From: a virus | Lineage: Duplodnaviria > Heunggongvirae > Uroviricota > Caudoviricetes | Strand: one strand, 5' to 3' | Virus record (IMG/VR): IMGVR_UViG_3300037346_000580 | Span: 1 to 64,000 of that record | Length of the DNA: 64,000 nucleotides | Shown here: positions 57,566 through 64,000 of the stretch, in pieces | Position numbering within the stretch: position 1 is the stretch's first letter | How the letters are laid out: every line of letters starts with the position of its first letter | Notes under the pieces: model-generated | Told to the model about the DNA's origin: nothing | Database searches by the model: none | What the model saw: only the letters and a program-made list of their open reading frames with translations | Translations under genes and position numbers: made by a program

Positions 57566-58698
57566 TCTTTCTCCTTAAGTAAGAAATTATTGGATATAAC
57601 CTTGAAGCTTGTTTTTCTATCCAAACTTCTGATAACATATCCTTCTCTCTCCGCTGACTGGTTTAGTGTTGATTTTCCTTCCGCAAACTTTAGAATTTCA
57701 TCTATTGTTTCAGGAAGCTCAAAGTTCTCGTCAATAATAGGAACTGTATCTAAGCCAAGAGACTTTGCAATCAGATTAAAATGCTCAAAATCAAAATATT
57801 CCTGTGAATCTATATTAAAAGCATTATAAACCTTTAGAGCTTGTCCCTTTACTTTGTAAGGATTCCCCTGTATACCCTCTCCTATAATTTCCCCCTGAAT
57901 TGCAAAATTACCTCCCATATCAAGCATATTTACTTCGATGTCAAGATTTTTTGCAACCTTCCAGAAGGTGTTCTCCTTCTTGGCTCTTTCTACACCATCG
58001 TCACATATAATCATTCCTTCAACAAAATCCTCGGGACGACAAAGATCCAAATTTCTAGAGCATACCCCGAATTCTCCATTATACACATAAAATGTAGATG
58101 ATGTACCATCAAGTTTTTCAGTGACGTAGAATTTTTTATCTTTCATCTTGTCGTAATTCTTTGCAAGATTTTGAATTCTTTCCTCGTCAGTTTTAGGTAT
58201 AAAACTTGGAAAGTTACCCTTAGCAACTCCTGCTAGTTCTGCTGGAATTGGTGGATCCCATTTGATGATACCAAGGAGATGTGTTACGTCTGCTCCTTCT
58301 TCTATAACTAAAGCACCATCATAAGGGCCCAATTGATAAATGGGTCCATCCGGTGTTTGTAGGTGACCAAGTTTCTGATCCTCATACTCACCTTCCAGTA
58401 TGGAAAGAGGTAAAATAAGTCCCTGTGAAACCTGACCTCTAAGTTTAATTGTTCTCAAACGGAATCCCTCCTGATCTAACATCTTTCTATATGAGCTTTT
58501 TCTAAGGAATTCGAATTCTTCCCTGATTGGCAAGAATGAATCGACCTCACAGTAGATAACGAAATCTCCAGTTTTAAATCCATTGTCTTTCCCAGTAACT
58601 AGTTTCCATCCATCAACAACTGCCATTTCTATAAGATCCGCTCCCTCTATCGGTTGGATATCTGAGATCTTTCGGATACTCGCAAGTTTTCTTTCCAT
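57562..58698 (-). CDS. ATP-dependent RNA ligase (RNA_ligase/Rnl family, DRB0094-like).
   Basis: N-terminal RKLASIRKISDIQPIEGADLIEMAVVDGWKLV OB-like segment. Nucleotidyltransferase motif I YVTEKLDGTS (KxDG). Confidence 0.7.
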   Translation of the reverse strand: MERKLASIRKISDIQPIEGADLIEMAVVDGWKLVTGKDNGFKTGDFVIYCEVDSFLPIREEFEFLRKSSYRKMLDQEGFRLRTIKLRGQVSQGLILPLSILEGEYEDQKLGHLQTPDGPIYQLGPYDGALVIEEGADVTHLLGIIKWDPPIPAELAGVAKGNFPSFIPKTDEERIQNLAKNYDKMKDKKFYVTEKLDGTSSTFYVYNGEFGVCSRNLDLCRPEDFVEGMIICDDGVERAKKENTFWKVAKNLDIEVNMLDMGGNFAIQGEIIGEGIQGNPYKVKGQALKVYNAFNIDSQEYFDFEHFNLIAKSLGLDTVPIIDENFELPETIDEILKFAEGKSTLNQSAEREGYVIRSLDRKTSFKVISNNFLLKEKE

Positions 58699-58699
58699 T

Positions 58700-58876
58700 T
58701 TATTTTTCCTTTTTGTTTTGTTCTATTTCTTTAAGAAGCGCTTCAAGCTCCTCTATACCTTGATACACTTTCTTTCTCTCCCTCCCTGAAAGATCATCCT
58801 CCCAAATACCACTATTATCAAGTTCGTCGAGAGAAACCCTGATAGCCAAAGCCATATTTTTTGTTATTTTTGCCTT
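58700..58876 (-). CDS. Small ORF (58 aa, MKAKITKNMALAIRVSLDELDNSGIWEDD...), below the ORF-track threshold.
   Basis: Manual translation. Tightly packed behind the ligase gene. Confidence 0.3.
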   Translation of the reverse strand, partial: KAKITKNMALAIRVSLDELDNSGIWEDDLSGRERKKVYQGIEELEALLKEIEQNKKEK

Positions 58877-58879
58877 CAT

Positions 58880-59032
58880 ATTATTGAACTTCTTCCGTTA
58901 CTACCCATTGTGCTAATTCCTCTAAATATTGTCTACCTGTCACCACCCATATCAATAGTGATGGAATTATAGTAAAAATCAGGGTTGCTAACAATAGGAT
59001 TCCCACCATAAGTCTAGTTAATCTAGTTACCA
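58880..59032 (-). CDS. Small single-TM protein (about 50 aa, MVTRLTRLMVGILLLATLIFTIIPSLLIWVV...).
   Basis: Manual translation. Hydrophobic core. Confidence 0.3.
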
Positions 59033-59035
59033 TAT

Positions 59036-59182
59036 TATTTTTTATCTTTTATAGTTTCTATCTGTTGTTCCAGCTTCCTAACCTTATCTCTCTCCGAATG
59101 AAATGCCATGCAATACATAACAGCACACATTAATGCCATTATAAATAGAAATATAAATTGATTTTTCTTTTTGTCTTCCATC
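59036..59182 (-). CDS. Small single-TM protein (about 48 aa, MEDKKKNQFIFLFIMALMCAVMYCMAF...).
   Basis: Manual translation. Hydrophobic core. Confidence 0.3.
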
Positions 59183-59183
59183 T

Positions 59184-59456
59184 TTATTTTTTTAGAAATT
59201 CTTCGATCTTCCCAAATTTTGGGCCATCTTCCGGATTTAATATCATTTCGTCAAATGCACCATATCTGCATTGTCTGCCAAAAATATAGCTGATACCATA
59301 CTTAACCCTCTGCCAAAATGCTCTTTTAGTTAGGTGTATACGGATATAAACAGTTGGGTACATTTTATCCTCTATATGATCTTCTGCATAGAATATCATC
59401 ATCATATGATCTGCACTATTACAGTCACAAATTAATAGGTCTTTTTCTTGCGTCAT
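59184..59456 (-). CDS. Hypothetical protein (90 aa).
   Basis: ORF. Confidence 0.4.
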   Translation of the reverse strand: MTQEKDLLICDCNSADHMMMIFYAEDHIEDKMYPTVYIRIHLTKRAFWQRVKYGISYIFGRQCRYGAFDEMILNPEDGPKFGKIEEFLKK

Positions 59457-59466
59457 TTTATAATTT

Positions 59467-60336
59467 TTAAATGTGGCAATCGTAAAGCGATATCACGGTT
59501 TCTTCCGGGAGACTGTCTAATAGATCATTAAATTCTCTGTTCCAATCAGATTGCTCTTTTTCATCAGATGTTATTCCCCACCAACCCATTTCACCTTTCT
59601 CATACCAAACACCATCCTTGATAACTGCGAAGGAAGAGATTGCTGCATCACTGCATTTTTTGCTGTATTCCTCTCTCGTCATTTTGAAATCCTCCAGGTT
59701 TAAGAAAGAATTTTTATATTCATTTTTGGAGTTCCATTCCTTTAATCTGGTTGGTGCTATTTGGGAGTTATAGAAATCTCTGGCCAATTCAATTTCTCCA
59801 GAGAACAGGTTTTGTCTGACGTATGTCCAGTCGTGCATCTCTTTTATCGAATCACCTACTATGGAGATTACCTCGTCATATTTCTCTTCACCTTCCTTAG
59901 CTGCATTGGTTCTCATGGGCCCAAAATCAATGTCACATTTTCTAGCTGAGTCAACATATCCAGCTTCCGGTTCGCTTGAAAATAGACCACGTCTTCCTAC
60001 ATTTCCTTCCGACCCTGCTTTAAGTTTAAAGTGTCCACTCCATCTACCTCCTAATTGGTAATAATCCCATTTTTTATTTGGATTTTCCCAGTACCCATAC
60101 TTTCCTGTTTCCTCATCCTTCTTGTAACCGTGATAATCAGCAGCATAAGCCTCGATGTCATTGTTATATTGACCTCTGGTTTCCTGATCTTCCTCTCCCC
60201 ATTCCTTGTTGATGTAATCGGTTTCGTCACTGAATTCCATATATTCTCCCGGGCAATTTCCCATGTTGTTCTCCTGAAAAGGAGCCAATTGTTTCTCGGC
60301 GTCCTCCCCGAAAACCATAACTGTAAAATGACTCAT
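59467..60336 (-). CDS. Hypothetical protein (289 aa).
   Basis: ORF. Confidence 0.5.
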   Translation of the reverse strand: MSHFTVMVFGEDAEKQLAPFQENNMGNCPGEYMEFSDETDYINKEWGEEDQETRGQYNNDIEAYAADYHGYKKDEETGKYGYWENPNKKWDYYQLGGRWSGHFKLKAGSEGNVGRRGLFSSEPEAGYVDSARKCDIDFGPMRTNAAKEGEEKYDEVISIVGDSIKEMHDWTYVRQNLFSGEIELARDFYNSQIAPTRLKEWNSKNEYKNSFLNLEDFKMTREEYSKKCSDAAISSFAVIKDGVWYEKGEMGWWGITSDEKEQSDWNREFNDLLDSLPEETVISLYDCHI

Positions 60337-60731
60337 TATTTTCTGTATTTAATATCGCCAGAACCAGTTTTAACTGATCCGGTGATTGTTGTTGTTTTTA
60401 CGTCTCCTGATCCAGTTTGAACGTCACCATTTATAATTTCGCATTCAATATCACCAGACCCTGTTTGTGCACCATTATTGATATTAGAACAGTTTATATC
60501 CCCGCTCCCGGTTTTTGCTTTGTTAACATTTCCATTAATCTCGATCTTATCGCAGTAATCAACATCAAGAGATTCTAAGTTTCCTGTGACTGAGATTGTA
60601 ATCGTCTTTGAATCCTTGTGGTCCGATGTTACATCCTTCCCGTCTATAATAATTTTATTCCCACTTATTGTGATAGATCTTCCGACATAATCACTATTGT
60701 TTATTCTTATCATGCTTCCTGTTTTTTCCAT
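60336..60731 (-). CDS. DUF2807 (GIN-domain) like beta-helical repeat protein with repeated TGSGDI motifs.
   Basis: Six copies of (K/Q)TGSGD(I/V) at a regular 12-14 residue spacing. Confidence 0.45.
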   Translation of the reverse strand: MEKTGSMIRINNSDYVGRSITISGNKIIIDGKDVTSDHKDSKTITISVTGNLESLDVDYCDKIEINGNVNKAKTGSGDINCSNINNGAQTGSGDIECEIINGDVQTGSGDVKTTTITGSVKTGSGDIKYRK

Positions 60732-61498
60732 TTTATATTTTGACTCATTTTAAGGCTAAGATTCTCCATTTTTTCCTTTCCCTTATTAAGCTTCTCCTCC
60801 ATCTTATTATACTCGATCATCTGCTTCCCTAGAATTGATGAGTATTTCAAATCGATCTGTTCCTCTGTGAGATACTTATCATCCAATTGAAAAATCTGTG
60901 CTGGTGTAAATTTTCCAGATTTTATTCTTGTTTTTATTCCCTCCTCTATTTCCTCCTCCGTTGGATCAAATAGAATATCCGAATGTGATTCTACATAATC
61001 ACTGCTTGAGGTGTAATCATCATAAATTTTATATGACCACCTTTTTTCCTCCCCAGTTACCAGATTTATATCGATTGTCATATTCAATCCTCTTGCATTT
61101 CCATCTCTCCTCGTAGGTATTATTCGATCCTTCGTAAACACAACAAGTTCCTTACATGTTAGAAATTGGCTCCTGTCTATTAGGAGTCTATCGAGATCGC
61201 TTTTTTTCTTTGAATTAATTAAAAGCTCATTCTTTATATGATTTAGCTCCTTTCTTTTTTCCGAAATCTCCTTATCTAAATCAGAAAGCTTTTGTCTATT
61301 CACCTCGATAGATTTATCATAAATCGGTTGAACGGATTCAAAGATTTCATTGACCACTATTTGAATACCTGAAGGATCCTCATAATTATCACCCTCGTAT
61401 CCTGCGTAATACATATAGGATTCAACCAAGAATCTATTATCACTTATTTTTTCAATAAGCCTTACCTTTTCTCCGTTTTTAAGATAGAAGTCTTTCAT
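60710..61498 (-). CDS. Coiled-coil hypothetical protein (262 aa).
   Basis: ORF. Promoter motif upstream (61513-61548). Confidence 0.5.
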   Translation of the reverse strand: MKDFYLKNGEKVRLIEKISDNRFLVESYMYYAGYEGDNYEDPSGIQIVVNEIFESVQPIYDKSIEVNRQKLSDLDKEISEKRKELNHIKNELLINSKKKSDLDRLLIDRSQFLTCKELVVFTKDRIIPTRRDGNARGLNMTIDINLVTGEEKRWSYKIYDDYTSSSDYVESHSDILFDPTEEEIEEGIKTRIKSGKFTPAQIFQLDDKYLTEEQIDLKYSSILGKQMIEYNKMEEKLNKGKEKMENLSLKMSQNIKWKKQEA

Positions 61499-61512
61499 TG
61501 CTTTATTTTATT

Positions 61513-61548
61513 ATGCAAATATAAATAAAAAAATCGAGATAAAAAAAT
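61513..61548 (-). promoter_or_regulatory. Conserved promoter motif instance (ATGCAAATATAAATAAAAAAATCGAGATAAAAAAA).
   Basis: Motif family. Confidence 0.5.
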
Positions 61549-61554
61549 AAAATC

Positions 61555-62040
61555 TTAATTAATTCGATAAGCCACTGGTGAAACCTCGTATCTATATCCC
61601 CAATCTTTCTTTAGCTGGACATTTTCAAATATGCCGTTGAATTCTATATTCTTAACAGTTCCATTCGAATAGATAACTTTTAATGTACCAGTCTCAGGAA
61701 TCACCTTAAGATCAAAACACCAATTTTCATACTTGTCTAGAATATTGGTTAAAATGTATATTTTAACCTTGTCTTCAGATGCTCTATTTCCATCCCTGTT
61801 AACATATCTATTATTTCCATAGTCATCACCAACTATTAATTCATTTACGTCATCTCCCCAAATATGATATTCTGTCTTTCTATTAGGTCCATAAACAACC
61901 ATGTGCATACCCTTACCCTTTATATGCTTTTGTCTTCCAAAAAGCCAAACACCATCACCTATATGTACTTCTTTAAGACCCCCATTTAAAGCTCTTCTGA
62001 TGTAACCTCTAAACTGTGTTAATTCTTCAAATTTTCTCAT
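61555..62040 (-). CDS. Hypothetical protein (161 aa).
   Basis: ORF. Confidence 0.45.
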   Translation of the reverse strand: MRKFEELTQFRGYIRRALNGGLKEVHIGDGVWLFGRQKHIKGKGMHMVVYGPNRKTEYHIWGDDVNELIVGDDYGNNRYVNRDGNRASEDKVKIYILTNILDKYENWCFDLKVIPETGTLKVIYSNGTVKNIEFNGIFENVQLKKDWGYRYEVSPVAYRIN

Positions 62041-62452
62041 TATCTATAAAATTTAATCCTTCTATTAATCCTTTTTCCAATGCTTCCTCATAGGATTTAA
62101 AATCTGCGAAATTGGTAAATTCCGGGAATTTAAGTTCCGCAATTGAGAATGTTTTGGTTTTAATCTTGTTCCAATTAGAGGATCTAACGATCCATCTTGT
62201 TTTGTCCTGATAATGCACTTCTGAATCCCTGGTTACCTCGACGGTTATATTATGAACTTCTCTAAGCCATCTTTGTAATAAAGATTGCGTTGGTGCCTTA
62301 AGTTCACCGTATATAGGTTCGTCATAATTGGACGTACCTAATGTTATCTCGCCGTTATCGTTTGCCCAGAAATAAGCATCACCAACCAGGATTTTAAATC
62401 CTTTCTCCTTCGCTAATTGAGCTGTCTCATATTTTATTATTTCTTCGGTCAT
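62027..62452 (-). CDS. Member D of the ETAKLA/LQKWLRE/YEEALE family (141 aa).
   Basis: YETAQLAKEKGF ... APTQSLLQRWLREVHNITV ... SYEEALEKGLIEGLNFI. Confidence 0.6.
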   Translation of the reverse strand: MTEEIIKYETAQLAKEKGFKILVGDAYFWANDNGEITLGTSNYDEPIYGELKAPTQSLLQRWLREVHNITVEVTRDSEVHYQDKTRWIVRSSNWNKIKTKTFSIAELKFPEFTNFADFKSYEEALEKGLIEGLNFIDNEKI

Positions 62453-63084
62453 TCTATAAATTTTCTAACAATTGGTTTATCTTTATCATCTTTCCATATA
62501 ACCTCATATGTTCCATATTTGGTGTTATATGTTTCCTTATATCCCTCCTCTGTTGTTTCATTATCATCAGGTAAAGTCGAGCCTATTGATAATAAAAAAT
62601 CCTCCTTTTCTATAGGATTTATTAGGACTCTCCAGCTTCCTTTGTCCAAATCGCTCTTGATCCCAACAATTTCAATTATCTTATTGAGACATGACAGTGA
62701 CTCTATGCTTCTATCCCAATTTGGAAGTCCTCTATTTGGTGTTGCAAATCCAAGATCATAAACCACTCTAAATTCTTCCTGTCTTATCTCCTTGATCAAG
62801 CTCATATATCCTATACCGTCGCCCCACAGGGTTGTTTCAGCGAATATACCATAATTATCAAGAAACCAATCAAAAGCTTGTTGCCAAAGTGGTGCTGTAC
62901 AAACCAGCTCACTTATGCTATTAACTTTTAAATTATCTAAATTTTTAGTATATGCTGATGAAAAATCATCAACATCGAAATAAAAAAATTCTTGGTCTTT
63001 AGTATAATAAGCATAACATTTTTCATCAAACCCTAATTCTTTAAGTTTCAATGCTTGTTCGTAAGGTATAAATTGTTTATTCAT
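62449..63084 (-). CDS. Protein (211 aa) whose N-terminal 60 aa resemble the family's N-terminal module (YEQALKLKELGF ... APLWQQAFDWF) fused to a distinct C-terminal domain.
   Basis: Partial motif sharing with family members A-D. Confidence 0.5.
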   Translation of the reverse strand: MNKQFIPYEQALKLKELGFDEKCYAYYTKDQEFFYFDVDDFSSAYTKNLDNLKVNSISELVCTAPLWQQAFDWFLDNYGIFAETTLWGDGIGYMSLIKEIRQEEFRVVYDLGFATPNRGLPNWDRSIESLSCLNKIIEIVGIKSDLDKGSWRVLINPIEKEDFLLSIGSTLPDDNETTEEGYKETYNTKYGTYEVIWKDDKDKPIVRKFIE

Positions 63085-63175
63085 GATGTTCTATATTTTG
63101 AAATTCAACTTGTTCCACGAATAGTGGATATTTTTTGAGATCATCAGCAAACGCAACGCAGAGTCTATCTATAAT

Positions 63176-63559
63176 TTACATATTTTCATAGAAATTGCCG
63201 TCAATATAAACATAGGATCCAAGAGGTGTAAATATTCTAAATCCTCTAGTCAGAGGAATTATATTATAGACTTCACCATCCGCTTCTCTAAGAAGATATA
63301 TTGCAAGATTTAAGGAAAGATCATAACCAATTTGTTTATAGTTATTAGATGCCTTAGTCGCTAACATAGCCCCTTCCTCATTTCTTTTTATAAAATAAAG
63401 ATAGCCATACTTTGAGTCCTTGAAACAATCCCTTCCTCCATAGTAAACCTCTCCCTCGTAGAGGTATATAGGTGTTCCATTATTTAGGCTCGTGCTCATA
63501 TGTCCGCCAGATGCGTACAGCATGTTGCAAAATTTTTCAAAATCCCTACTCATCTTCAT
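63176..63559 (-). CDS. Hypothetical protein (127 aa).
   Basis: ORF. Confidence 0.45.
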   Translation of the reverse strand: MKMSRDFEKFCNMLYASGGHMSTSLNNGTPIYLYEGEVYYGGRDCFKDSKYGYLYFIKRNEEGAMLATKASNNYKQIGYDLSLNLAIYLLREADGEVYNIIPLTRGFRIFTPLGSYVYIDGNFYENM

Positions 63560-63941
63560 CCTCTGATTCGTTCATATAATCACCAAATTTTTCTCTCATC
63601 TCCTCGTCCACTCTCCTGCGTATTTCTTTAACATCTTTTTTGTACTGTTCCGGAGTTTTATTAGGATCGTGGAATGTTCCATCGTTGAACATAAATTTAC
63701 CATCCACTAAAGGATGCGATCCGATTTTTTCTAGCTTTTCCGGGTCATCAACCAATTCTCCATTCTCGTTTACTGATTTCATAAAACCATTTGTTACTCT
63801 GTCATGTAAGCCATGACAAGAATAACCGCAACATATGATAGTGTTGCACATGACATGGTCTGACACTTTAGAAACCCAAGCATGACAATATGTTGGTTTC
63901 TCTTCTATTTTTGGTGTTTTTAATTCTATCATTTTATTCAA
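63546..63941 (-). CDS. Cys/His-rich hypothetical protein (131 aa) with an acidic C-terminus.
   Basis: ORF. Confidence 0.45.
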   Translation of the reverse strand: MNKMIELKTPKIEEKPTYCHAWVSKVSDHVMCNTIICCGYSCHGLHDRVTNGFMKSVNENGELVDDPEKLEKIGSHPLVDGKFMFNDGTFHDPNKTPEQYKKDVKEIRRRVDEEMREKFGDYMNESEDEDE

Positions 63942-64000
63942 AATATGACATTTCTGTATTATAGAGTTCGCATATTCTTTCTTTTGTCAGAATATGTAAG

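Noticed and set aside
1-64000. Eukaryotic giant-virus origin (collagen-like repeats, Fanzor-like TnpB, IS607, PTH2, Thg1, tRNA introns)
   Set aside because: SmpB is bacterial-specific. The OMP has a Bacteroidetes signal peptide. The promoters carry TATATTTG. Rho-independent hairpin terminators are abundant. A bacteriophage of a Bacteroidetes host fits better.
1-64000. rRNA genes, integrase/attachment site, lysis cassette (endolysin)
   Set aside because: None of these could be recognised in either strand by eye.

Overview
This is an AT-rich (about 30% GC), gene-dense window with roughly 100 ORFs, almost all on the minus strand and many overlapping by 1-8 nt. It reads like part of a large (jumbo-type) dsDNA phage genome, not a cellular chromosome. 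Three things suggest a Bacteroidetes (Flavobacteria-like) host: a promoter box TATATTTG (matching the Bacteroidetes -7 element TAnnTTTG) recurs at about 15 intergenic sites; there is a phage-encoded outer-membrane beta-barrel protein with an ...SFAQ signal peptide; and there is a bacterial-type SmpB. Contents in order: a 3.4-kb tandem 9/18/27-bp coding repeat (collagen-like Gly-X-Y on the minus strand, Pro-rich on the plus strand); an IS607-type insertion carrying a serine recombinase and a TnpB with intact RuvC residues; a tail-fibre-like gene; a cluster of NAD+/ADP-ribose enzymes (NAMPT/NadV-like, PRPP-synthetase-like, NADAR, TARG1-like macro domain, two nucleoside-deoxyribosyltransferase-fold proteins, a SLOG/DprA-like protein, a NadR-like P-loop kinase); a tRNA/translation rescue-and-repair set (Thg1-like, CCA-adding head domain, a second Pol-beta NTase, ATP-dependent RNA ligase, SmpB, PTH2-like hydrolase, two clusters of tRNA-like genes of odd lengths); M28 and M42 peptidases; an SPFH/flotillin-like protein; several small paralogous families; and many bidirectional hairpin terminators fused to the conserved promoter motif. 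I consider the NAD+/ADP-ribose island together with the RNA-repair set, read as a putative counter-defence arsenal, and the six-member 'ETAKLA...LLQKWLREVHNI...YEEALE' protein family, to be the most interesting and least described content. All calls are made by eye from the sequence, so coordinates of non-ORF features are approximate.
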